Shown piece by piece: positions 25,001 through 37,378 of a stretch of DNA of 64,000 nt. The stretch comes from Octopus sinensis (taxonomy: Eukaryota): the NCBI RefSeq assembly GCF_006345805.1, contig NC_043011.1, positions 54,758,464-54,822,463 on the forward strand, given 5' to 3'. Positions within the stretch are counted from its first letter, which is position 1. Every line of letters begins with the position of its first letter. Under the pieces are notes generated by a model. The model searched no databases. It was not told where the DNA came from and saw only the letters and a program-made list of their open reading frames with translations. Made by a program: the position numbers and the translations under genes.

Positions 25001-25455
25001 TATATATATATATATATATAGCCCTCCAACCCATGCTAGCATGGAAAATGGACATCAAACGATGATGATGATATATGAGTGTATATACTTGTCTTTTAGA
25101 AGACATCAAAGTTCAAAGTGTTCAGGATCTTTCTTTTATTTTATCACCACCATCGCCACCACCACCATCGCCACCACCACCATCGCCTCCACCACCCCAC
25201 CCTGTCACCACTGCTGTTGCCAACACTGTCATACCACCACCAACACAACTACAGCCAATACAGCTCCCTCTACCCCCACTACTTTAATGTTCACACAAGA
25301 GAGATGTGTGTTAAGAAGTTTGCTTCCCAGCCACGTGGTCCCAGGTTCAGTTCCCATGCATGGCACTTTAGGCAAGTGTCGTCTGCTATAGCCTCAGGCC
25401 AACATAAACTTTGTGAGTGAATTTGGTAGGTGGAAACTGAAAGAAGCCTGTTGTG

Positions 25456-25486
<31 letters not shown>

Positions 25487-26902
25487 TGTCCCCCCACTAC
25501 TGCTTGACAACCACGGGTGGGGTGTTTATGTCCACAATAGCTTAGCAGTAATATAAGCACAGGAGTGGCTGTGTGGTAAGTACTTGCTTACCAACCACAT
25601 GGTTCCGGGTTCATTCCCACTGTGTGGCACCTTGGGCAAGTACCTTCTACTATAGCCTCGGGCTGACCAAAGCCTTGTGAGTGGATTTGGTAGACAGAAA
25701 CTGAAAGAAGCCTGTTGTATATATGTGTATATATATATATATGTGTATGGGTGTGTATATATTTGTGTGTCTGTGTTTGTACCCCCCAACATCGCTTGAC
25801 AACCGATGCTGGTGTGTTTACATCCCCGTCACTTAGCAGTTTGGCAAAAGAGACCGATAGAATAAGTACTAGGCTTTCAAAGCATAAGTCCTGGGGTCGA
25901 TTCGCTCAACCAAAGGTAGTGCTCCAGCATGACCACAGTCAAATGGCTGATACAAGTAAAAGAGAGTAAAAGAGAATTGAGCAAAAGAGACTGATAAAAT
26001 AATTATCAGGTTCAAAAAAATTAGGTACTGGGGGTTGATTGGACTAGAACTCTTCAAAGTTGTGCTCCAGTATGGCCACAGTCTAATGACTGAAACAAGT
26101 AAAAGATAAAAGAGAGTTCAGAGTCATGTCCTGTTCCCTAGTAATTCATCAAAGCCTCCACTAAAACCATCACCTCCATATAAGCAAGTCAGTCAAATGA
26201 AAATACAAACGGCATGATAGCACTTGCAATCAGTTAAGATCAGAAGCCATGGGAGCCAGTGTTTGGTATTGCATCAGTTGTTATTTTATACCACCAAAGT
26301 CAACTTTGCTTTTCATCCTTTCAGGATCGATAAATTAAGTACCAGTTGCGTACTGGTGTGATTGACTTTTCCCTTCCTGCAAAATTCCAGGCCTTATGCC
26401 TATAAGAGAAAGGATTATTATCATTATCATCATCATCATCATCATCATCATCGTTTAGCGTCCGCTTTCCATGCTAGCATGGGTTGGACGGTTGAACTGG
26501 GGTCTGGGAAGCCAGAAGGCTGCACCAGGCCCAGTCTGATCTGGCAGTGTTTCTACGGCTGGATGCCCTTCCTAACGCCAACCACTCCATGAGTGTAGTG
26601 AGTGCTTTTTACGTGCCAGACAAGGCTGTCAAACGGCCACGATCGGATGGTGCTCTTTACGTGCCACCGGCACGGGGGCCAGGCGAGGTGGCGAGCTGGC
26701 AGAATCGTTTAACCCATTGGACGAAATGCTTAATGGTATTTTGCCTGTTGCTATGTGCTGAGTTCAAATTCTGCCAAGGTCGACTTTGCCTTTCGTCCTT
26801 TCAGGGTTGATAGATTAAGAACCAGTGAAACACTGGGATCAGTGGAATCGACTAGTCCCTGCCCACCAAATTTCAGGCCTCGTGAAAGGATTATTATTAT
26901 TC

Positions 26903-27128
26903 AGTAGTTTTATTTTTATAGCGTGCTTTCACTTTACTACCAAGCGCAGCTCTGTGTGCCTTGGGTATGTGTTGTGGTTTGCTGAGATGCTCTTATGGTT
27001 ACTGTATTGAAAGTGTTTTATGTAGGATGTGTGCAGTGTCCAGTAGTGCAATTTTCTGTATGTTATATATATTTGTAAGTCCTGGTGTTTTTGTTATATA
27101 TATGTTTGAATATTTTTTATCATACTCT
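26903..27128 (-). mobile_element. Second R4/Dong 3' fragment
   Basis: Reverse complement of ~36290-36500 (TKTPGLTNIYNIQKIALLDTAHILHKTLSIQ plus UTR), abutting an (ATT)n tract at ~26890. Confidence 0.8.
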
Positions 27129-27129
27129 T

Positions 27130-27130
27130 T

Positions 27131-27162
<32 letters not shown>

Positions 27163-27312
27163 TTAGGGCGGGTAAAATTCCCAAGATGCATGGGTGAGTT
27201 CTCTCCAGCGGTCTTTGTCCGTCATCATCGCTGCCATGTCCTGTGTCTTCCAGAGACCAGTGTTTGTCGTTAGGACATCAACTTATGTCATCCTTGGTCT
27301 CCCTCTTCTAGA
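27130..27312 (-). mobile_element. RTE/RTEX-like LINE 3' end with (GAT)n tail
   Basis: RRGRPRMT*VDVL...AMMTDKDRWREL, then stop and (GAT)n. Confidence 0.65.
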
Positions 27313-27351
27313 ACTATTATTATAAAGTAGAAACAAAAAAGATAAAAATAC

Positions 27352-27676
27352 AGGCACTCCGTTGGATACAACGACGAGGGTTCCAGTTGATCCGATCAAC
27401 GAAACAGCCTGTTTCTGAAATTAACGTACAAGTGGCTGAACACTCCACAGACTCATGTACCCTTAATGTAGTTCTCGGGGAGATTCAGCGTGACACAGAA
27501 TGTGACAAGGCTGGCCCTTTGAAATACAGCTACTGCTCAATAATTGCCAGCTGAATGAACTGAAACAACATGAAATAAAATGTCCTGCTCAAGGACACAT
27601 CGCGACGCCCGAAATCGAACTCACGGTCTTACGATCGTAAGCCGAATACCCTAATGACTACGCCACGAGCGTTCAC
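27352..27676 (-). mobile_element. tRNA-derived SINE with family-E-like head and a different tail (second copy 63874-64000, running off the window)
   Basis: Head with gagttcgatttc B box on the minus strand; tail ...ggaaccctcgtcg...ggagtgc shared with 63874-64000. Confidence 0.75.
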
Positions 27677-27954
27677 GTAAGTTAAAATAGTTTAATCCTT
27701 GAGACCAAAACGTTAATATAATTCGTTTGAATTGGTAAAAATTGAAGATGAATTACTTTTCTCAACACAGACATGCAACTCCTGCTTCTCAAACTCTCGA
27801 AATATACCCCTGGGATACTTAAAAGTTCGTTACCCCTGACACACACACGGAGAGGCTCTGAAAAACAGATTACTATTTCAAGGAAAGCAAGCGAAACTAT
27901 AACAAAGATATAAGCTCCATTGGTTATCTCCCTTTAATCTTATAGCCACACTAT

Positions 27955-28048
27955 ATTACACACACACACACACATACATACCTATGTATATTATATGAGA
28001 GAATATGTATAAGCTTGTGTGTATGCGTATACACACACATACACATAC

Positions 28049-28081
<33 letters not shown>

Positions 28082-28415
28082 TGTATGTATGTATGTATGT
28101 ATGTGTGTATGTGTGTATGTATGTATGTATGCATGCATGCATGTATGCATGCATGTATGTATGTATGTATGTATGTATGTATGTATGTATGTATGTATGT
28201 ATGTATGCATGCATGCATGCATGCATGTATGTATGTGTGTATGTATGTATGTATGTATGCATGCATGTATGTATGCATGTATGTATGTATGCATGCATGT
28301 ATGTATGTATGCATGTATGTATGTATGCATGCATGCATGCATGTATATATGTATGTATGTATGTACGTACGTATGTATGTATGTATGTATGTGTATGTAT
28401 GTATGTATGTACATG
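27955..28415. repeat. (TATG)n/(CATG)n compound microsatellite
   Basis: Directly visible; source of the MYVC/HTYI pseudo-ORFs. Confidence 0.95.
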
Positions 28416-29071
28416 AATGTGTAAGCGTTACTCTCATCTGAAAACCGGTCTCAAGGTCTGCAGAGCAGGAAGTTCTAGAACATGTTTAAAATTGTTTGAG
28501 AATTTTCTCATGGAACGGAATAATTATATAAAGATTTCTCACCTGAGAACAATGCCGGTCACACAATTACGATTCCAACTAAGTTCAGTCTGAGGAAGGT
28601 CAGGGCCTTTCTCTTTTACCAAGGTCTCTCAGTTGGTAGGGGGTAAGTGAGAAAGCGAGGGAATTATCTTCAGACAAGGAGACCCAGCCTGATTGCTTGC
28701 AACCAACTGGACTCTGCTAAAGGCAACCGGGGGAACAGTGGGGGGTGCCTCAGGGTAATTTATTTTGATTAGACCCAAGAGGATGAAATAAATAAATAAA
28801 TTGACCTTGGCGGAATTTGGTATTTAGTCTATCGGTTTCTTTTGCAGAGCTCACTCTCTTTTTCTCTCTTTTACTTGTTTCAGTCATTTGACTGTGACCC
28901 TGCTGGAGCACCGCCTTTAATCGAGCAACTCAACCCCAGGACTTATTCTTTTGTAAGCCCAGTACTTATTCTATCGGTCTCTTTTGCCGAACCGCTAAGT
29001 AACGGGGACATAAACACACCAGCATCGGTTGTCAAGCAATGCTAGGGGGACAAACACAGACACACAAATGC

Positions 29072-29104
<33 letters not shown>

Positions 29105-30061
29105 TACGGTGGGCTTCTTTCAGTTTCCGTCTACCAAATCCACTCACAAGGCTTTGGTCGGCCCGAGGCTATAGTAGAAGACACTTGCCCAAGGTGCCAC
29201 ACAGTGGGACTGAACCCGGAACCATGTGGCTGGTAAACAAGCTACTTACCACACAGCCACTCCTAGGGAATTAAACTTAGAGAATGAAAAATTAAAGACC
29301 TCGAGAGTCCTATGTACCGCTGCTGAGAATCACTGCCCTAAAATCTCCTCCCATCATTGTTGTTGTCTTCATTGTGGCCATTGTCATCACCACTATCGTT
29401 GTTGTCATTGCCATCATCATCATCCTTCAACGTGGCTGAACAACCTATCCCAACCAGTTAGGGTTCCCTACATGAGTTGTGCTATTCATCTTTTCAATCA
29501 CCGAATACAAAAGATGGATCGTGAGACCTCCATTCGGATGATTACCCCGACTCACCATCTCATCCTTGTATGCCATTTACAGTTGAGTTGGATGGAACAA
29601 CACGAAATGAAGTGTTTCGCTCAAGAACTCAATGCACAGTTGACCAGGGGACCAAAACCCTGATTTCCTGTTCACGAATGCCATACCCTAACCACAATGC
29701 CATGCACCTTCACATCAAGCTCATCAGTCCTGGAAGGCTTGCAAGGATCATGGACAATGCCGCTTCTTTCAGACTCAACAGGTTAAAAAGAAAACTAGGA
29801 GAACTGTGTGGTAAGTAGTTTGCTTACCAAGCACATGGTTCCGGGTTCAGTCCCACTGTGTGGTACCTTGGGCAAGTGTCTTCTACTATAGCCTCGGGCC
29901 GACCAAAGCCTTGTGAATGAATTTGGTAGATGGAAACTGAAAGAAGGTCATCGTATATATATATATATTATATATATATATATATTATATATATATATAT
30001 ATATATAATATATATATATATTTTTATATATATATATATATTTTTATATATATATATATAT

Positions 30062-30107
<46 letters not shown>

Positions 30108-32377
30108 GTGTGTCTGTGTTTGTCTCCCCCAACATTGCTTGACAACCAATGCTGGTGTGTTTATGTCCCCGTCACTTAGCAGTTTGGCATGAGAGGCCGG
30201 TAGAATAAGTACTAGGCTTACATAGAATTAGTCCTGGGGTCGATTTGCTCGACTAAAGGCGGTGCTCCAGCATGGCTGCAGTTAAATGACTGAAACAAAT
30301 AAAAGAATAAAAGAAAGCAGAATAAAGCATAGCCTTGTTTAGCAGCACCAATTTCTCCATTTTAACCAACCTTTCCTAAAATTTACCCCATGGGAATATT
30401 TCCCGTTCTGTATTAACCTTCAGGTGGTGCTTCAAGGCATTTATGAAGAAGTAATCTGAGAGGATAGACTCTGTCTTCAAACTTTTCAACCACGTATACA
30501 ACACAGTTTGCTTTACCATAGACACCATGCAGAGAAAGACAACCTGCTCTTCCTTGCCAAAGGAAGGTGGTGATGATGATGGTTGTGAAGATGGTGGTGG
30601 TGGTGGTGGTGGTGGTGGTGATGGTGGTGGTACATTTTTACTATTAGATTCGGCTTATAATTGAAAGCGCTCTGCATGTGATAACAGCTGTCTGGCATAA
30701 ACCTCCAATTCAACAATGGACATTTTGAGTGAGTGATGGCTAGATGGATTCAGTAAACTTGTACACATCCCTGACAGATTTCGTCATCGTCATCGTCACC
30801 ATCACCATCATCATCATCATCATCATCATCTTCATCATTTGATATTCAGCTTCCATGCCAATGTTGGTTGGTTGGTTGGCTTGACTGGAACTGACAAATT
30901 GAAGGACTGTGACACGCTCTAATGACTATCTAGGTACAGTTTCTATGGTTGGGTGCCAACAATCAGGAGTGTACCAGGTGCTTTAATTATGGTACCAACA
31001 TTAGTGATGGTCAGCTTGTAACTTGCAAGGCTCTGAAATAGCCCCTATAACCATTTGAGAACAGAAGAAAGATGCCCTTCCTAACACCAATCACTCCAAG
31101 AGTGTAGTGGGTGCTTTTTATGTGCCACCGGAACAGGAGCCAGTCAGGCGGGCCTGGCATTAATCCTGCTCAGATAGTGCTTTATACGTACCACTGGCAT
31201 AGGGGCCAGTCAGGGGTTACTGGCATCGGCCACATTCAGATGGTGCTTTTTACATGCCACCAGCACAGGAGCCATTATACAAAACAATAAACTAAAACTA
31301 ATAGAAAAAGAAAAAAAAAAACTAAAATGAAGAAGAAAAAAAACAAAATAAAGAAATTAAATTCTGCTGTTGTTAAATCTATTTGTAGCTGCCATGAATT
31401 ATTCTGCACAACCTTCTTTTTTCTCAAATAAAATTTGTGTGCACTGAATGGCTAATAAATATAATTATTAATTATTGCATTATTTAAAGTAATTAACGCT
31501 TTGTGTAAACAGTAATTTTTGGGACATTTGTTGCAAAACATGTACAGGCATGTGTGTGCATACACACACACACACACACGTGCACGCAGTCACACACACA
31601 CACATGTGCACGCAGTCACACACACACACACACACCACACATGTGCACGCGGTCATACACATATAGCTGAGTTACTGTTAGTCTTTTAACATGCATAAAT
31701 AAAATAAAAATAAATGTTCCTTCTTGAGCCATGCCAGGCTCATAAGGTCCGGTTTCCCAGTTTCGGTGGCATAGAAATTCCTCACCTGGACGGGACGCCG
31801 GTCCGTCGCAGGATTATTCATTTTTGCCAGCTGAGTGGACTGGAGCAACATGAAAATGAAGTGTTTTGCTCAAGAATACAGCGCATCGCCCGGTCCAGGA
31901 ATCGAAACCACAACCTTACGATCATGAGTTCAACACCCTAACCACTAAGCCACGCGCCTCCACTTTAACATTCATATTACTCTCAAATGTAATAATGGTT
32001 TCGAATTTTGGGCCAATTTCGGCTGGATTGGGATGAGTCAATTACATCAACCCCAGCACTCAACTGGTACTGATTTTATCGACCTCAAAAGCATGAAAAC
32101 AAAGTCGACCATAACAGAATTTCATCTCAGAATGTAAAGTCTGATGAAATGCCGCTAAGCATTTTGTGTAGAATGCTAATGATTCTACCTGCTTGTTGCC
32201 TTTTGTCAGATGTAATACAGTAATCCGTCACCATATTGCGGTCCACCTATCATGGTTTATTATTTAAGCTTACGTCAATTTCTCCGTGGTGTTGTCTGGC
32301 ATTTGTAATAAAATAAATATATACAAGTTATAAAAATAATCATAAAAAAATATACAGTACAGTATGCTTCTACTTGT

Positions 32378-32620
32378 GGAGGTGCATGGCTTAGTAGTTA
32401 GGGTGTCAGCATCATGATCGTAAGGTTGTGGTTTCGATTCCTGGACTGAGCAACATGTTGTGTTCTTGAGCAAAACACTTCATTTCACGTTGCTCCAGTC
32501 CACTCAGCTGGCAAAAATGAGTAACGCTGCGATGGACTGGCATCCCATCCAGGTGGGGAACAAATATGCCATTGAAACAGGGCCCATGAGCCTGGCTAGG
32601 CTTTAAAAAGGGCGCATTTA
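32378..32620 (+). mobile_element. tRNA-derived SINE family E (CORE-like plus V-like domain); representative copy
   Basis: A box tggcttagtagttag, B box gtttcgattcc, gtgttcttgagcaaaacactt, then ctgcgatggactggcatcccatccagg. Copies at ~330-445, 4855-5040, 8075-8150, 29560-29712(-), 31712-31963(-), 39640-39806(-). Confidence 0.8.
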
Positions 32621-33670
32621 TTTTGAGGCGCAATGGCCCAGTGGTTAGGACTCGCAGTCGAAGGATCATGGTTTCGATTCCCAGATCAAGCGTTGTGTGT
32701 GTTTATTGAGCGAAAACACCTAAAGCTCCATGAGGCTCCGGCTGGGGGTGGTGGCGACCCCTGTTGTACTCTTTCGCTCCAACTTTCTCTCCCTCTTTCT
32801 TCCAGTAACGCTGCAATGAACTGGCGTCCTGTCCAGCTGGGAAGAACACATACGCCACAGAAACCAGGAAACCGGGCCCATGAACCTGGCTAAGCTTGAA
32901 AAGGGCACATAAATAAAAATAAAAATTTTAAAAACTGCTCCTACTTCACAGATTTTCACCAATCATGGCGGGTTTTGGAATGTAACACCCATGATAGTTG
33001 AGGAATTACTGTATATGGCCACATCTGGTCAGTTTAAATGCTAAAAGCTTAAGCCCTTTGTTATTATATTTCTGTTGAAATACATTGTCTGTTTTTCAAT
33101 AAATAAATTTTGTAAATAATGAAGAATTTGGTAAAATAAACTTTGTCATCATTATGCTGGTGTTTGGAACAGAAATTAGTTTCAGATTTTGGCATATGGC
33201 CAACAATTCTGGGAGTAGGAGTAAGTCTATTAAATTAAACCCCAGTGCATAATTGGTACTTATTCTATTGACCTTGGAAGGATGAAAGGTGAAGATGACC
33301 TCAGCAGAATTTGAACTCAGAACGTAATGAGTTGGATGAAATGCCACAGTTGGTTGGTTGGCTTGACTGGGACCCACAAGTTGAAGGACTGTGACATGCT
33401 CTAATGACTATCTTGGTAGAGTTTCTATGGTTGGGTGCCGTTCCTAATGCCAACAATTAAGGGTGTACCAGGTGCTTTATTTATCTGGCATGCTAACGAT
33501 TCATACAGGTCACAACCTTAGTTTGGGACAAAAATTAACAGGAAATTTTAATGGAAGGTTTTAATTTAAATCCCTTAATTAGCAGAAGGTTTGCATCACA
33601 AAACCAGGATCAGAGGTGGTCTTGGTGTGGGTTGGTACCAAAAGAACTAAACCATATTCCTACTTTATTT

Positions 33671-34159
33671 ACATTATTTACATTTGATGGATATTTGTCC
33701 TCATTTTGTTTATTGTTAACACAATGTTTCGGCTGATATAACCCTCCAGCCTTCTTCGGGTGTCTTGGGGAAATTTCGAACCTGGGTTCTCATTCCTAAG
33801 GTATTTTTCGATGTTATTATTATTATTATTATTATTGTTGTTAGTGTTCAGGTCACTGCTTGGAATCGAACTTGGAATCTTGGGGTTAGTAGCTTGCACT
33901 CTAACCCATTATGCCATATGCCCATGGGCATATGGCTTAGTGGTTAATAATAATAATAATAATAACAACAACAACAACAGCAACAACATGGAAAAATACC
34001 TTAGGAATGAGAACCCAGGTTCGAAATTTCCCCAAGACACCTGAAGAAGGCTGGAGGGTATATCAGCCGAAATGTTGCGTTAACAACAAACAAGATATGG
34101 ACAAATATCCGTTGAATGTAAATAATGCACATAATTCCTCATCTCTAAAATATAGAACC
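33671..34159. mobile_element. Head-to-head pair of a tRNA-headed, hammerhead-containing SINE-like element
   Basis: Minus arm 33671-33923 has a tRNA-like head (A box TGGCATAATGG, B box AGTTCGATTCC), (AAT)n/(AAC)n, then a body with a hammerhead at 33718-33764. Plus arm 33926-34159 has a partial head, (AAT)n and a hammerhead at 34036-34081. Palindromic junction catatgccc-at-gggcatatg is centred at 33924/33925. Confidence 0.8.
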
Positions 34160-34937
34160 ATACTCCTACTATCTTCAAATGTAGTTTTAGATATACAAAA
34201 AAAAAAACAAAAAAAAACTGGATGGTCATGACTGGAACATTTAGGATCTCAATCAAGGTTGACCAGGGCTGTAAATAATCATCACAACAATAGCAGTAAG
34301 AGACTCTCAAGAGGACTAAGCATCAGAAGGTCTTCAGAGAAGAAACCACCATCAGGCAAGTATTTCGGCCCTAAACATCTTACACTGTAAGGGAGACAGG
34401 CTGCATCCAAGTCATAACTCCTGGCTGCCCTTCTGGTTATCAGAGACTTGTGAATTTAAACTGCCAGGAGGTTTTATCTGGTTGTAGCCCCTCTTTGTTG
34501 ACTCAGCTTTTAAACTTATGCTTAAAGAAGAAATACCACTGGTTGTCATGGTAGCAGTGAAACGTCATCACTGTCACAATGACTCAGTCAGAGTTATTTT
34601 CCCTTATCTCTGTAACATAACACAGTGTTTCAGGGTTGGAGAGGAACACTACTGTTTACATCATCATCATCATCATCATCATCATCATTATTATCATCAT
34701 CATCATACTCTTGCTCTTTTACTTGTTTCAGTCATTTGACTGTGGCCATGCTGGAGCACCACCTTTAGTTGAGCAGATCGACCCCAGGACTTATTCTTTG
34801 TAAGCCTAGTATTTATTCTATTGGTTTCTTTTGCCGAACCATTAAGTTACAGGGACATAAATACACCAGCATCGGTTGTCAAGCGATGTTGGGGGGGGGG
34901 GGAAAACAGAGACACACAAACATATACACACACATAC

Positions 34938-35000
<63 letters not shown>

Positions 35001-35003
<3 letters not shown>

Positions 35004-35405
35004 GAGTGGCTGTGTGGTAAGCAGCTTGCTAACCAACCACATGGTTCCGGGTTCAGTCCCACTGTGTGGCACCTGGGGCAAGTGTCTTCTGCTATAGCCC
35101 CGGGCCGACCAATGCCTTGTGAGTGGATTTGGTAGACGGAAACTGAAAGAAGCCTGTCGTATATATGTATATATATATGTATGTGTGTGTGTGTTTGTGT
35201 GTTTGTGTTTGCCTCCCTAGCATTGCTTGTCAACCAATGCTGGTGTGTTTACGTCCCCGTCACTTAGCGGTTCGGCAAAAGAGACCGATAGTATAAATAC
35301 TGGGCTTACAAAGAATAAGTCCCTGGGTCGATTTGCTCGACTAAAGGCGGTGCTCCAGCATGGCCGCAGTCAAATGACTGAAACAAGTAAAAGAGTAAAA
35401 GAGTA
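35001..35405 (+). mobile_element. SINE family A (CORE-like box, internal TA/TG microsatellite, gtaaaaga tail); representative copy
   Basis: caggagtggctgtgtggtaag...ggttccgggttcagtccca...ggcaagtgtcttct...gaaacaagtaaaagagtaaaagag. Other copies at ~3987-4380(-), 17261-17790, 18520-19150, 21960-22537(-), 25557-25975, 28850-29265(-), 29797-30315, 34710-34940(-), 37140-37850(-), 47220-47747(-), 59047-59422. Confidence 0.85.
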
Positions 35406-35960
35406 TATATATATGCATACATATATATGACGGGCTTCTTTCAGTTTCTGTCTACTAAATCCACTCACAAGGCTTCGGTCAGCCTGAGGCTATGGTAGAA
35501 GACACTTCCCCAAGGTGCCACGCAGTCGGACTGAACCCAGAACCATGTGGTTGGTAAGCAAGTTACTTACCACACAACCACTCCTATGCCTATTAATCAT
35601 CATCATCATTTTAATGTCCATTTTTCCGTTCTTGCATAGGTTGGACAGAATTTGTTGAAGCTCACTTTCCACAGTCAGACATCACTCCTAATATCAACAC
35701 TCACCTGTTTCCAGGTAATGTACTGTTTCCATGAGACCGGACATGTCTTCACGAAAGATTGGAAATGAAGTACAGTGCTTCTTTGAAAGTGACACTCATT
35801 CACAACTACATGTATGATGTCATGACAAGGAGACACAAACACACATATAAATGCACATACATACATACATACACCATATGCCCACGGGCATATGACGTAG
35901 TGGTTAAGAGCGCGGGGTACTAACCACAAGATTTCGAGTTTGATTCCAGGCAGTGACCTG

Positions 35961-36031
<71 letters not shown>

Positions 36032-36035
36032 AATA

Positions 36036-36503
36036 ACCATACTCTGGGATATGCCGATACACACAGATAGAGAAATTAAGGCCAACAGACCAGATATAGT
36101 TGTCAGAGCTCATGAAGAAAAACAAATGCTTTCTAATTGATGTATCAATACCGGCAGATGACAATGTGTCTCTAAAAGAAATGGAGAAACTCTCAAAATA
36201 CAAAGACCTGGAAATAGAGGTAACTAGAATGTGGAATCTGAAAACAGAAACAATTCCTATCATAGTAGGTGCATTAGGCATGATAAAAAATATTCAGACA
36301 AATACATAACAAAAACACCAGGACTTACAAACACATATAACATACAGAAAATTGCACTACTAGGCACTGCACACATCCTACGCAGAACACTTTCCATACA
36401 ATAACCATCAGAGCATCACAACAAATCACAGCACATACCCAAGGCACACAGAGCTGCGCTCGGTAGTGAAGTGAAAGCACGCTATAAAAATAAAACTTCT
36501 GAA
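36036..36503 (+). mobile_element. R4/Dong-clade non-LTR retrotransposon 3' fragment (restriction-like endonuclease domain)
   Basis: Frameshifted translation ILWDMPIHTDREIKANRPDIVV...CFLIDVSIPADDNVSLKEMEKLSKYKDLEIEVTRMW...IPIIVGALG...IQKIALLGTAHILRRTLS*, with RPD...D...KxxKY motif. Flanked on both sides by (TAA)n. Confidence 0.85.
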
Positions 36504-36504
36504 A

Positions 36505-36566
<62 letters not shown>

Positions 36567-36648
36567 TAATAATAATAACAACAACAACAATAACAACAAC
36601 ATCAAAAAATACCTTAGGAATGAGAACCCAGGTTCGAAATTTCCCCAA

Positions 36649-36694
36649 GACACCTGATGAAGGCTGGAGGGTATATCAGCTGAAACATTGTGTT
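36649..36694 (+). ncRNA. Minimal type I hammerhead ribozyme motif (also 34036-34081 + and 33718-33764 -)
   Basis: Three-copy consensus GACAC-CTGANGA-a-GGCTG gagggtatat CAGCC-GAAACGT-T-GTGTT. Helix III is reduced to the palindrome AACGTT, as in dimer-acting minimal hammerheads of Penelope-like elements. Each copy shows CpG decay in AACGTT. Confidence 0.7.
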
Positions 36695-37341
36695 AACAAC
36701 AAACAAGATGAGGACAAATATCCATCAATTGTAAATAATGTATGTATTCATTCTTCATATAGTCAAATGTGAAAAATCTGATTGCTGTTGTTCATTGTCA
36801 TGAGAAAACGTCTCTACCCTTTAGACAATGTTTCCATTACACATCATTCACTAGTGTAAAGGGCTTTAAAATACCATACTGTTTTGACCTCATAACCTGA
36901 CTCCTCAGTGAAAGTTACTTCACTGATGAGCCTAACAAAAGCACAAACTCTTGTTTATATGAATCAGCAAACAAATGATTTACTGTTGTCTACCAAACAG
37001 GTAATAAATCATGGGGTACAGTTAATTACATTGACCCCAACACTTCATTTTATTGACTTCCAACTCCCAGTAAAATGAAAGATGCAGCTGACCTCAGCAA
37101 GATTTGAACTCAGAATGTAAAGAGCTATAATATATATTTTCTCTTTTACTCTTTTACTTGTTTCAGTCATTTGACTGTAGCCATGCTGGAGCACCGCCTT
37201 TTGTCGAGCAAATCGACCACAGGACTTATTCTTTGTAAGCCTAGTACTTATTCTATCGGTCTCTTTTGACGAACCACAAAGTTACGGGGACGTAAACACA
37301 CCAGCATTGGTTGTCAAGCGATGTTGGGGGGACAAACACAT

Positions 37342-37378
<37 letters not shown>

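Larger units (their letters stand above)
35875..36742 (+). mobile_element. Third copy of the tRNA-head + hammerhead element, interrupted by an R4/Dong LINE fragment
   Basis: Fold-back stub catatgccc-ac-gggcatatg at 35875-35894, tRNA head 35886-35960, (AAT)n, LINE insert, (AAT)n, then the same body as at 33.99-34.13 kb with a hammerhead at 36649-36694. Confidence 0.8.

Noticed and set aside
27951-28441. Overlapping 127-152 aa ORFs, and similar YI/HT/CV-rich ORFs such as 51019-51690 and 22112-22519
   Set aside because: Stop-free translations of microsatellites.
34321-34375. Possible hammerhead on the minus strand (GAAA ... CTGAAGA)
   Set aside because: Helices I and II cannot be paired. Isolated CTGATGA hits at ~2836, 15400, 20350, 29722 and 36923 also lack a matching GAAA and helices.
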